Shown here piece after piece: positions 19,414 to 28,608 of a DNA stretch of 64,000 nucleotides. How positions within the stretch are numbered: position 1 is the stretch's first letter; the number at the start of each line of letters is the position of its first letter. The notes under the pieces are model-generated. The model was not told the origin of the DNA. It did not search any database and saw only the letters and a list, made by a program, of their open reading frames with translations. The DNA comes from Kiritimatiellia bacterium (lineage in GTDB: Bacteria > Verrucomicrobiota > Kiritimatiellia > RFP12 > JBMNHG01). Position numbers and translations under genes: made by a program. The DNA is taken from assembly GCA_050950285.1 (NCBI GenBank), contig JBMNHG010000002.1, forward strand, positions 630,654 through 694,653, written 5' to 3'.

Positions 19414-22400
19414 CACGCGCAAGGCTTCGGAGACGCCCCAGGCCTGGGCGTCGCAGCCCCGCGGGGCGTGCGGGGAATCGCCGTCGAGGATTTCGGGGGT
19501 CTGGCCCAGGCACTTCCGCCGCAGCATCCCCTCCACCGACCCCAGCAGGGAGAGCGCCGCCTCGCGCCCGCGGACGGCGTGCCGCGCGAGGGCCTCGCAG
19601 TAGGCGGGGAAGACCCACGTCCAGGCCGTCCCGTTGTGGTAGGCCGGCTTGCGGCGCGTGTCCTCGTCGCCCTCGTAGCGCCCCCAGTAGGGGTTCGCCG
19701 GATCGTTCAGCGGCACGCCGTCGCGCCAGACGGGCTGCGGAACGCGCACGGGGCGGTCGTCCAGCGTGCGGATGGCGCCGGGGACGAGGAGTCCGGCGCA
19801 GGCGCGGAGAACCGAGGTGCAGAGCGGGTCGCCGGGCGGAAGCGCGCCGAGGGTCAGCGCGTACAGCTGGTTCGGGCGCAGCGCGTCCTCCGGCGTGGCG
19901 CGCGCGGCGGGGGTGCCGGGCCCGGCGCGGAGGCAATCGGCGAGCCACCCGCCGGGGCACGGGAAATAGCGCCGGAGCGATTCGCGGGCGGTGCGGGCGA
20001 TGTGCCCCCAGGACGGATCGAGCCGGTCGGCGAGGAGGTCGAGGGCCGCAATCCACAGCGCCTGGATCTCCACGGGATAGCCGGCGCGCGGCGTGGCGGC
20101 GGGGTAGTTCGTGTCCATCCACGTGAAATGCGCCGGGGAATAGACCAGGCCGCTTCCGGGATCCATGCGGATGCCGTTGGGCGTTCCGTCGCGGTAGTGC
20201 GTGGCGATGGAGACGAGCACGTCGCGCAAGGGGCGCCCTCCGCAATCGAGCGAAAGGGCCTCCTCCCCTCCGCCGGCGCGGAGGAGGTCGCCCGTCGCGA
20301 CGGCGAACCACAGCGGCGCGTCGGAGGTGTCGCGGTTTCCGGCGTCGCGGCCGCGGATCATGTTGGGCAGGGTGCCGTTCTCCTCGAAGCGGCCGAACTC
20401 GCGCAGGATGTCGGCGGCGAGATCGAGGCGGCCGTCGGCGATGATGCCTCGCAGCACGATCAGCGTGTCGCGCCCCCAGTCGAGGAACCAGGGGTAGCCC
20501 GCGATGACCGTTCGGTGCTCGTCGCGGCGGACGATGTAGGCGTCCAGCGCGCGGGAGAGCGCGGCGGAAAGCGGCGCGCCGCCTTCCTGCGGACGGGAAG
20601 GCGCCGGGGCCGGTTCGTCCGGTCCGGCGAAGGCGTCCGGGGTGCCGGCGTGGATCGAAACCTCCTCGCCGCCCAAGAGGGAGACGCCGAACCAGCCGGG
20701 GGAGAAGAGGTCCGAGGAGGCGCCGAGGCCGCGCGACGCATCCACCGGATGGGGCACCTGGTAGCGCCATTCGCTCCCGAGGTGGAAGGTCGCGCCGGGG
20801 GCGCGGAAGGCGTAGTCCTCGCCGGGGGCGGGATGGAAGTCGAAGCCGTGGGGAAGCGCGTGGACGGCGCGCGGCCAGGCGGATTCGGGACCGGCGTAGG
20901 CCCGCGTCTTCTCGTGGAACGAGCGGGCCTCGAGGTCGGGGCGGAACACCAGCGTCACGGGCGTGGCGTCGTCCAGCGCATCCGGAAGGCCGGGGGAGGC
21001 GCGCAGGCGGGTCGCGGCGAGCGTGGCGCGATTGCGGCCCGGCGCCAGGGAGAGGGTGCACTCGATGGGCACGAGGCGGCCCATGCCGCAGGGGACGTCG
21101 AAGCGCCACGTCGCCCGATTCCCGCCGGGGACGGTGGAGAAGGAGACGGCGCACCCCGCGTCGATCGCCTGGGAGTAGCCGCGGAGGACGAGCCAGATGC
21201 GGCACGCCGTCCAGAAGACGCGGCGGTCGCACGGCACGGCGGGGTCGGGATTGGTGGCGAGAAGCGCGTCGTACTGGCTTTGGATGGCCCCCCATGCGAC
21301 GGGCACATGGGCCATTGCGCCCGTCCCGTTCGTGAGCAGGGCGGTGAAGTCCCCCGCGCGGATCCGCTCCCCGGCGAGGGTGCATTCCGGCGGCGGCGCG
21401 GCGGCCCCCGCGGCGGGGAGGCGGACGAGCGCCGCCGTTTCGCGGCGGTTTCGCGGCGCGCCGCGATGTCCGCCGTCCGTCCCGTAGGCGTGGATTTCGA
21501 GGGAGAGTTCCCCGCAGGCGTCCTCGGGGAGCGCCAGGAACGCGAAGGCGCCTTCGCCCTGCGCCAAGAGCGGGATGGACTCTTCGCCGGCGAGGCAGCG
21601 GTCCTCCCGGAAGATGCGGGCGCGGAAGGCGCAGGGGGCGCGCACCAGCAGCAGGTGGCCCGCCGGAAGGGGGACGGTGCGCCGGAGGTCGCGGGGCCAC
21701 TGCCATTCGACCACGGGGGGGAGCGCCCGCGTATCGAGCATCGCGGAACAGAAGGCGAAGGGGTCCTCGCGGAGGAGGCCGCCGAGGGCGTCGCCCTGCG
21801 CCAGGGCCGTGGCCAGGGCCTTGCCGGACGCATCGAGCGCGGCGGCGGCGCGCAAGGCCATGAGCCGCGCGCGCTGCGGGAGCAGGGCGTCGGATGCGTT
21901 GCAGCCATCCGGATCGAGGGCGCCGGAGGAGGCGCCGGGCGAAAGGCAGAGCACTTCGGCGGGATCGAGGCGCGCCACGCAGCGATGGCCTTCGCGCCGG
22001 ACGGAAATGCGCCGGGCGTCGCGGGAAGCGGCGAGGAGGTCCCGCCATTCCGTCGCGCCCATCCAGCCGTGCGCAGGCCATTCCACCTCCTGGGGCGAAG
22101 CCGCGTCGAGGTTCGCCAGCGCGAGCAGGTTCCCGCCCTTCGCCTCCCGCGCGACGGCGAGCACGTTGCCTCCGCCCGTTTGCACCAGGCGCGGAAGCAC
22201 GCCGGGCCCGAAGGCGGGATGCGAGGCGAGCAGGCGGTTCAGCGTGGCGATGGCGTCGATCTGGTGGGAGGCCGCGCCCCAGCGGAGCGGCGGGGCGCCA
22301 TGGACGTCCACGCGCTCGTCGGCGAACCATTCCACGCCGGCCGTGATCCCGAAGGCCCCCTGGTGGGAACACAGCGCGGCGAGGGCCGTGCGCATCCGGG

Positions 22401-23679
22401 CGTAGGCGGGGGAGACCGCGGCCAGGCGGGTGTTGTCGTGCGTCTCGGCGAAATGGACGAGCGGCCCGACGCGGGCGGAAAGGTCCATCGCGCCGGGCAG
22501 GTAGCGCTCGAAGGCGGAACGGTCGGGAGTCTGGAAGATCTCGGAATAGGCCCAGTCGAGCCCGTCGCGCAACAGCCATTCCGTAGTCTCGATGCTGCCG
22601 CCGAGCCCTTCCAGGAGGAAGAGGGTGTCGGGGTATTCGGAACGGACGCGCGCCACGATGTAGCGCCATGTCTCGGCGGGGATCATGTAGCCGGCGTCGC
22701 ACCGGAAGCCGTCCACGCCCTGCCGGCACCAGAAGAGGAAGACCTCCGCCATGGCGCCGCGAAGCGCGGGATGGCGGTAGTCGAGGGCCACGAGATCCTC
22801 CCAGACCACGCCCCAGGCGCCCGGCGATTCGAAGGATCCGTCGGGGTTGCGGAGGAACCATTCGGGATGGTGCGTCTGAAGGGTCGAGGCCCAGCCCGTG
22901 TGGTTCGCGGGAAGGTCCAGGAAAAGCGAGGCGCCCCGGGCGTGCACGGCATCGGCCAGCTCGCGGAATTGGTCGAGCGGCGTGGCCGACCGGTCGAACT
23001 CCGCGAGGGCGGGATCGACCGAAAGGAAGTCGAGCGCGGCGAAGGCGCTTCCGAAGAGGCCCATGCGGCCGTAGGTGGTGGGCGTCGGGAAGATGGGGAG
23101 CAGTTGCAGGATGCGGAAGCCGAGGCGGCCGTGGATGTGGCCGAGGCGGCGGATCACGTCGCGGAAGGTGCCGGAGGGCGGGAGCACCGCGTAGCCGGCT
23201 TCGGCGAGGGCGGCCTCGGCGCGGCGGCGCTCCGCGGTCCGCGCGTCCTTTTGGATCGAGGGTCCGAACTGGCGCACGAACGCGGTGTACATCGAATTCG
23301 CGCGGGCGGCGTGGGCGGATTGCACCTTCACGCGCAGGTTCGGGCCGTCGGGCCATTCGGGGTCGGCCCCGCCGTCGGGCAGGAAGCAGGCCTTCGCCTC
23401 GAAGACCCCCACTTCGAGCAGGGGGATGCGCAGCGCGAAGCAGCCCGGCGCCACGCAGTCCATCGGCAGGTCATGCCAGTCGCGCGCCAGCGGCGGCCGG
23501 CCGTAGTCGGTGAGCGCCACGACCTCCTCGCGCTGCACGGCGGCGTGGCCGATGTTCGTGCGAAGCAGGGCGCGGCCGGCGCGAGGCCTGGACAGCGACA
23601 GCGTCACCTCCAGGCAGTCGCCGGCACACAGGAGAAGCATTCCGCCGGGGGCGGGACGCTGCGAAAGATCCGACATCAT
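19390..23679 (-). CDS. Glycogen debranching enzyme: GH13 alpha-amylase-type domain fused to amylo-alpha-1,6-glucosidase
   Basis: LDLPANHTG, GVDGFRCDAGYM, FAETHDN; VIAGYPWFLDWGRDT, DAPLWF, FTWMDT, LRPNQL, AYHNGTAWTW, GCDAQAWGVSE. Confidence 0.92.
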   Translation of the reverse strand: MMSDLSQRPAPGGMLLLCAGDCLEVTLSLSRPRAGRALLRTNIGHAAVQREEVVALTDYGRPPLARDWHDLPMDCVAPGCFALRIPLLEVGVFEAKACFLPDGGADPEWPDGPNLRVKVQSAHAARANSMYTAFVRQFGPSIQKDARTAERRRAEAALAEAGYAVLPPSGTFRDVIRRLGHIHGRLGFRILQLLPIFPTPTTYGRMGLFGSAFAALDFLSVDPALAEFDRSATPLDQFRELADAVHARGASLFLDLPANHTGWASTLQTHHPEWFLRNPDGSFESPGAWGVVWEDLVALDYRHPALRGAMAEVFLFWCRQGVDGFRCDAGYMIPAETWRYIVARVRSEYPDTLFLLEGLGGSIETTEWLLRDGLDWAYSEIFQTPDRSAFERYLPGAMDLSARVGPLVHFAETHDNTRLAAVSPAYARMRTALAALCSHQGAFGITAGVEWFADERVDVHGAPPLRWGAASHQIDAIATLNRLLASHPAFGPGVLPRLVQTGGGNVLAVAREAKGGNLLALANLDAASPQEVEWPAHGWMGATEWRDLLAASRDARRISVRREGHRCVARLDPAEVLCLSPGASSGALDPDGCNASDALLPQRARLMALRAAAALDASGKALATALAQGDALGGLLREDPFAFCSAMLDTRALPPVVEWQWPRDLRRTVPLPAGHLLLVRAPCAFRARIFREDRCLAGEESIPLLAQGEGAFAFLALPEDACGELSLEIHAYGTDGGHRGAPRNRRETAALVRLPAAGAAAPPPECTLAGERIRAGDFTALLTNGTGAMAHVPVAWGAIQSQYDALLATNPDPAVPCDRRVFWTACRIWLVLRGYSQAIDAGCAVSFSTVPGGNRATWRFDVPCGMGRLVPIECTLSLAPGRNRATLAATRLRASPGLPDALDDATPVTLVFRPDLEARSFHEKTRAYAGPESAWPRAVHALPHGFDFHPAPGEDYAFRAPGATFHLGSEWRYQVPHPVDASRGLGASSDLFSPGWFGVSLLGGEEVSIHAGTPDAFAGPDEPAPAPSRPQEGGAPLSAALSRALDAYIVRRDEHRTVIAGYPWFLDWGRDTLIVLRGIIADGRLDLAADILREFGRFEENGTLPNMIRGRDAGNRDTSDAPLWFAVATGDLLRAGGGEEALSLDCGGRPLRDVLVSIATHYRDGTPNGIRMDPGSGLVYSPAHFTWMDTNYPAATPRAGYPVEIQALWIAALDLLADRLDPSWGHIARTARESLRRYFPCPGGWLADCLRAGPGTPAARATPEDALRPNQLYALTLGALPPGDPLCTSVLRACAGLLVPGAIRTLDDRPVRVPQPVWRDGVPLNDPANPYWGRYEGDEDTRRKPAYHNGTAWTWVFPAYCEALARHAVRGREAALSLLGSVEGMLRRKCLGQTPEILDGDSPHAPRGCDAQAWGVSEALRVLRWLERP

Positions 23680-24872
23680 CGATCCTCCAGGAGTTCACGA
23701 TAAAGCGCAAGGGTGCTCCGGGCGGAGGCGTCCCAGGTGAAGCGCTTCGCCCGTTCCAGCCCCCGGGCACGGAGAAGGCGCTGCCGCCCGGGCGAGCCCA
23801 GCACGTCCGCGGCCGCCTCCGCGAGGGCCTGGACGTCGTTGGCCGGCACAACCACCGCGGCGTCGCCGGCCACCTCGGGCTGGGAGCCGCCGTCCGTGCA
23901 CACCACCGGCGTCCCGGCGCTCATCGCCTCCACCAGTTCGAGGCCGAAGCCCTCGTAGCGGGAGGGATGGACCAGCAAATCGGCCGAGCGGTAGGCGGCC
24001 TCCAGTTCCGCGGCGGGGACGAATCCCTCGAAGTCCACGGACGCCTCGAGCCCGAGTTCCCTCGCGCGCTGTTCCGGTTCCGGATAGCGGGCGTCCTTCT
24101 TGCCGATCACGCGCAGGCGCACCGGGAAGGCGCACCGCTTCCGGATTTCGCCGAAGGCCTCGACAAGCAGCGGGACGTTCTTGTAGGGGTCGCGACGGCC
24201 GACATAGAGGAGGGTGCGCGTCGTGGCGAGGTCGCCGGCGTCCCGGACCGGCGAACGGGGGACGCCGGAGGGGATGGGGTCGGCCCCGTCGTAGATCACG
24301 CGCACGCGGCCTTCCATGCCGGCCTTGGGACAGGCCACGCGGAGGATGTCGCCGCGGGCGCTTTCGCTCCCGGTGACGATGGCGGAGGCGCGCGCCACCG
24401 TCTCTTTCACCAGCAGGCGGTAGAGGGCGCGGAGGCGGCTTGTGCGCGAGCTCGGCGCGTACCCCTCCAGCACGAGCGGGATGAGGTCGTGGATGTTCGC
24501 GACGGCACGGCAGCGGGCGCGGCCGCCGCGCGGGAAGGCCGGATAGGGCAGGATGTAGTGCGGGGAGTGGAAGAGGCGGGCCCCCTCCCGGCGCAGGAGG
24601 CGCGGCAGCAGCAGTTGCGACTTCGGCGAGAAGGGGCCGTACGGGACGATGCGGGAGGAGACGTTCGGAAGCCCCGCGGCGCTCGCGCGGGACAGCGCGA
24701 AATCACGCCGCCGTTCCGACTGGAAAAGCGCGAGGAAGCGCAACTCCGGCGCCAGGGCGGGAATGCGCGAAAGCATCCGGAGCGAATACACGCCGATGCC
24801 GTCCGAGGCTTCGCCGATGAAACGGCCGTCGAACACGACGAGCGGGCGCGAGTCCATGAGCGGTCCGTCCAT
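23676..24872 (-). CDS. Glycosyltransferase family 4
   Basis: IHDLIP, LLYVGRRDPYKNV, PSRYEGFGLELVEAMSAGTPVV, FTWD. Start at 24872 or 24857. Confidence 0.9.
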   Translation of the reverse strand: MDGPLMDSRPLVVFDGRFIGEASDGIGVYSLRMLSRIPALAPELRFLALFQSERRRDFALSRASAAGLPNVSSRIVPYGPFSPKSQLLLPRLLRREGARLFHSPHYILPYPAFPRGGRARCRAVANIHDLIPLVLEGYAPSSRTSRLRALYRLLVKETVARASAIVTGSESARGDILRVACPKAGMEGRVRVIYDGADPIPSGVPRSPVRDAGDLATTRTLLYVGRRDPYKNVPLLVEAFGEIRKRCAFPVRLRVIGKKDARYPEPEQRARELGLEASVDFEGFVPAAELEAAYRSADLLVHPSRYEGFGLELVEAMSAGTPVVCTDGGSQPEVAGDAAVVVPANDVQALAEAAADVLGSPGRQRLLRARGLERAKRFTWDASARSTLALYRELLEDR

Positions 24873-24880
24873 GCGTCGGG

Positions 24881-26014
24881 TCAAGCCTCCGGAACGGCTT
24901 CGCCGCGGTAGACGGCAAGCGTCTTCCGGGCGGTGGTTTCCCAGCGGAATTGCGCGGCCCGCGCAAAACCGGCGTCGACGAGCCTCCCGCGCGCCGGAGC
25001 ATCCGTGCGGACGCCGGCGACGGCCCGCACCCAGTCGTCCGCATCGAAGGAGGGGACCATCACCGCGGCGGCGCCGAGCACCTCGGCGAGCGAGCCGCCC
25101 GGGGAAGAAACCACGGGGGCGCCACAGGCCATCGCCTCGAGCGGCGGGAACCCGAAGCCTTCGTAGCGGGAAGGGAAGACGAACGCCTCGGCCCCGGTGT
25201 AGGCCGCCCCGAGCAGGCGGTCGGGCACGCGGTCGAGGTGGTGGATGCGGGCGGCGCGCCGCGATTCGCGGAAGCGCGCGAGGATGCCGTCGCAGTTCCA
25301 GCCCGGCTTCCCCACAATCACAAGGTCGAGATCCGACAAGGCGGAATCGTGCTCCATCCGCTCGAAGACCTCCACGAGGAAGGCGAGGTTCTTGCGCGGC
25401 TCGATCGTGCCGACGGTGAGGAGATAGGGGGCGGCGATGCCGGTCTTCTCCCGGAACGCCCGCACGCGGTCGGGGGAGTCGGGACGGAAGTCGGGCGAAA
25501 TGCCCAGGAGCACCGGGAAGATCTTCCCGCGGGCCGCCGGAAGAAGCTCGGCAATCTCGCGGGCGCTGAAGCGGGAGTCGGTGACAATCGCGTCCGCACG
25601 GGCCGCCGTGGCGTGGATGGCGGCGCGGAGGTTGCGGAGGTTCTTCGCTTCGGCGAACTCCGGGAAGCGCTCGAAGCTCATGTCGTGGATCGTCACCACG
25701 CCGCGCCCGCCGCGCAGGGGCGGGAGGAAGAAATTCGGGAAGTGGAAGACGTCCGCCCCGCCCGAAAGAAGGTCGAAGGGCGGGAAGCCCAGCGTGCGCC
25801 ACAGGCGGTTGACCACCCGCCCCGGAAGCGGCGAGCGCACGACGCGCGCGCCCTCGACCGGGACGCCCCCCTTCCGCTTGAAATCGAAGTAGAAGAGCGA
25901 CAGCGAATCGTCCGGCCCGAGAAGGCGGGCCACTTCGGAGGCCAGGACCTGCGTGTACCGGCCGATGCCGGCACTCTGCTGGACGGCAGGTTGATAATCG
26001 AGGCAGATGCGCAT
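24881..26014 (-). CDS. Glycosyltransferase family 4
   Basis: MRICLD...GIGRYT, TIHDMSF, VGTIEPRKNL, FPSRYEGFGFPPLEAMACGAPVV. Confidence 0.92.
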   Translation of the reverse strand: MRICLDYQPAVQQSAGIGRYTQVLASEVARLLGPDDSLSLFYFDFKRKGGVPVEGARVVRSPLPGRVVNRLWRTLGFPPFDLLSGGADVFHFPNFFLPPLRGGRGVVTIHDMSFERFPEFAEAKNLRNLRAAIHATAARADAIVTDSRFSAREIAELLPAARGKIFPVLLGISPDFRPDSPDRVRAFREKTGIAAPYLLTVGTIEPRKNLAFLVEVFERMEHDSALSDLDLVIVGKPGWNCDGILARFRESRRAARIHHLDRVPDRLLGAAYTGAEAFVFPSRYEGFGFPPLEAMACGAPVVSSPGGSLAEVLGAAAVMVPSFDADDWVRAVAGVRTDAPARGRLVDAGFARAAQFRWETTARKTLAVYRGEAVPEA

Positions 26015-26274
26015 GGAGGGAGAAGGCGGGCAAAGAGAGCGGGATTCGCCGATGGGGAACGTTTGACGGGGGAGTATAGCATACCGGCATGGCAAGGAAA
26101 GGATTGGATTCCAGGCCGGGGCGGCGCGCCGCCCGGCGCCGCGCCGCGAACGACCTTCGCCAAGAAGGGTTGTACCAAACGCAAAATTCCGATACCGTAT
26201 CCCAACGACGCCGGCATCCCTCCGATCCGGCGCTCCCCGCCCCACCCCGCTCCACCCCGCTTCGAAGGTACGAC

Positions 26275-27108
26275 ATGAACAATGACATCGGCGTGCTCGC
26301 CGGCCTGCGCAAGGACGGACGCTGCTTCGACAAACTGACCGCGTTCGGGCTGCATTGCTGCCAGCTCGTCAGCTGGGATGTCTCCCTCGCCACGCCCGAA
26401 ATCGCGGACGCCGCCCGGGAGGAAGCGGCGCGCGCCGGCGTCCGCGTCACCGCGATGTGGGCCGGCGTGCCCGGCCCCGCCGAATGGAACTTCACGCGCG
26501 GCCCCGTCACCCTCGGCCTCGTCCCGCCCGAATACCGCGCCATCCGCCTTGAGGCGCTGAAACGCTGGGCGGACTTCGCGAAGCGCCTCGGGGCCCCCGC
26601 CATCATCACGCACTTCGGCTTCCTCCCCGAGAACATCACCGACCCCCTCTACGGCGGCACGCTCGACGCGCTCGTGGACATCGCCACGTACTGCCGCGGC
26701 CTGGGCCTGGGCTTCTGGCTGGAGACCGGGCAGGAAACGCCCGTGACCCTGCTGCGTTTCATCGAGGCGGCGGGCACCGGGAATCTCGGCATCAACCTCG
26801 ACCCCGCGAACTTGATTCTCTACGGGAAGGGGAATCCCATCGACGCGCTGGATGTCTTCGGCCCCTATGTGCGCAACATCCACGCCAAGGACGGCCTCTA
26901 TCCCACCAACCCCCTCGAACTCGGCCGCGAGGTACCCGTGGGCGAAGGCCGCGTGCGCTATCCGCTGTTCCTGGAACGCCTGGCGGAAATCGGCTTCGCC
27001 GGCGAACTGATCATCGAACGCGAAATCACCGGCGCACAGCAGGATCGCGACATTCGCGCCACCATCGGCCGCCTCCGGGCTTGGATGGATGCCATCGCGG
27101 CGCCCTGA
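26275..27108 (+). CDS. Sugar phosphate isomerase/epimerase (xylose isomerase-like TIM barrel)
   Basis: LETGQE, INLDPANL, IHAKDG, VGEGRV, IIERE motifs. Confidence 0.88.
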   Translation: MNNDIGVLAGLRKDGRCFDKLTAFGLHCCQLVSWDVSLATPEIADAAREEAARAGVRVTAMWAGVPGPAEWNFTRGPVTLGLVPPEYRAIRLEALKRWADFAKRLGAPAIITHFGFLPENITDPLYGGTLDALVDIATYCRGLGLGFWLETGQETPVTLLRFIEAAGTGNLGINLDPANLILYGKGNPIDALDVFGPYVRNIHAKDGLYPTNPLELGREVPVGEGRVRYPLFLERLAEIGFAGELIIEREITGAQQDRDIRATIGRLRAWMDAIAAP

Positions 27109-27147
27109 TACCCCCTCCCCTTTGAAGGAATCGGCCGGTCCAGCCCC

Positions 27148-27819
27148 ATGCACTCCCCCACCCCGCGTGTCGTCCTCCCCGCCCTCGCGCTGCTTTGCGC
27201 CACGGCCCCCGTCCCGCCCGCCATGCCCGCCGACCCGACCTCCTCCGTCCCCTCCCGCCCGACCGCCCCGACGCACGGGCAGGCGACAGCCTGGTTCGCG
27301 AAGGCGGCGGGGCGCGGATTGCCCGAAAGCGGCAGGCTGCTGGTCGTGTCCGTGAAAGACCAGCGGCTCTACGAGATCGCGCCGGCCGGCCTCCTGCGCA
27401 CCTACGTGATTTCCACCGCCGCGGCGGGGGTGGACAACCGCGCGAACTCGAACGGCACGCCGTCCGGCTGGCATCGCGTCGTGGCCCGCCATGGCGCGGA
27501 CGCCGTCCCAGGCCAAGCCTTCGTCTCCCGCCGCCCCACGAAGGAGATCCTCCCCCCCGGCCAGTGGCGCACCGCCGGAGGGGGCGACTACGTGCTCACG
27601 CGCATCCTCCACCTGGGCGGGCTCGAACCCGGCGTGAACCAGGGCGGGAACGTGGACAGCTTCGACCGCTGCATCTACCTCCACGGCACCAACCAGGAAC
27701 ACCTCCTCGGCACCCCCGCCTCGCACGGCTGCATCCGCCTCTCCAACCGCGACGTGATGGAACTCTTCGACGACGTCGACGGGCGCGAGACCTACTGCTG
27801 GATCACCGACCTCCCCTGA
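27148..27819 (+). CDS. L,D-transpeptidase (YkuD family)
   Basis: VSVKDQRL, YVISTA, TPSG, IYLHGT...SHGCIRL catalytic motif; N-terminal signal-like segment. Confidence 0.92.
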   Translation: MHSPTPRVVLPALALLCATAPVPPAMPADPTSSVPSRPTAPTHGQATAWFAKAAGRGLPESGRLLVVSVKDQRLYEIAPAGLLRTYVISTAAAGVDNRANSNGTPSGWHRVVARHGADAVPGQAFVSRRPTKEILPPGQWRTAGGGDYVLTRILHLGGLEPGVNQGGNVDSFDRCIYLHGTNQEHLLGTPASHGCIRLSNRDVMELFDDVDGRETYCWITDLP

Positions 27820-28029
27820 CGCCCGCCACGCCCGCCCCAAAACGGCGCGCCGCCAAGGCGAACGGAGGCCTCTCCTTTTGGTTGTGCGACATCGGAGAAA
27901 CCGCCCGTGCTCGTCAAATCGCAAAGCAGCAAGTACAACGTGAACTTGAACGAGTCACCAAAGCAATTGCCGTAATCGAGTCGAATTACTTGCATGATGC
28001 TATGAGCACATTCACAAACAGCCAAGCAC

Positions 28030-28413
28030 CAACCTATGCCACCAATACGTTCTGCACGGTTACCAACGAAACGGTGACGGTTGGCGGCAACATCGTTACT
28101 CTGCCCCATGACAATGCTCTGTGACATGGACCACCGCCACCGCCTGGCGGAACTGCGCAGCGGCAATGCCGCTCCCGTCCATTACGGCTACGATGCAGAG
28201 AACAGGTATGCTACAGTCTCCAACACCGCCTTCCGCGCCACCTACGCCTACACCTCCGACGGCTGGGATGCGGGATATTCGGTGAACTTGACGAATGGCG
28301 TCGTACTGGATCGCGTTGTCTCCCGCGACCCCTACCGTCGCAGTTTGGTAAAAGCCATCACCAACAGCGTCAACGGCGTGCCGTACAACCCGCTGGCCTA
28401 CACCTACGACCTC
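28030..28413 (+). pseudogene. Internal RHS/YD-repeat fragment upstream of the main RHS gene
   Basis: TNETVTVGG...DHRHRLAELRSGNAAPVHYGYD...PLAYTYDL. 28129-28193 is nearly identical to the main gene near 34370-34435. Frame is broken near 28110-28125; no start and no toxin tip. Confidence 0.85.
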
Positions 28414-28445
28414 CGTGTCGTCCGGCTCGGTTTCGCAAGGGCCTC
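28406..28445. repeat. Second, truncated copy of the REP-like element, inverted relative to 8848
   Basis: 37/40 identical to the reverse complement of 8848-8887; lacks the terminal GGAGGG. Confidence 0.65.
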
Positions 28446-28461
28446 GGGAAATGAAATAGGC

Positions 28462-28490
28462 TTGCCGCCGCCGTTGCCCCGTGCTACGCT
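28462..28490 (+). promoter_or_regulatory. Candidate promoter for the main RHS gene
   Basis: TTGCCG-17 nt-TACGCT with an extended TG motif, about 120 nt upstream of the ATG at 28609. Confidence 0.35.
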
Positions 28491-28608
28491 CCCCATCATG
28501 GATACAAGTTGCATTTCCCTTGGGCCGCAGTTCCGGCGGCGCGCCGTTTTTCTCCGGGCCGTCGCCGCCTGTGCCGCCGCGGCGCCGTGATCCTTCTGCG
28601 GTAGAGCC

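Noticed and set aside
4416..23703. Very long antisense or alternate-frame ORFs (e.g. 4416-8648 +, 9183-14459 -, 11222-18103 +, 19468-23703 +)
   Set aside because: Shadow ORFs typical of high-GC DNA; they overlap well-supported genes and show no family motifs.
23676..26639. A single 987-aa glycosyltransferase
   Set aside because: The upstream part overlaps another GT4 gene and the isomerase; the recognisable protein starts near 24872.
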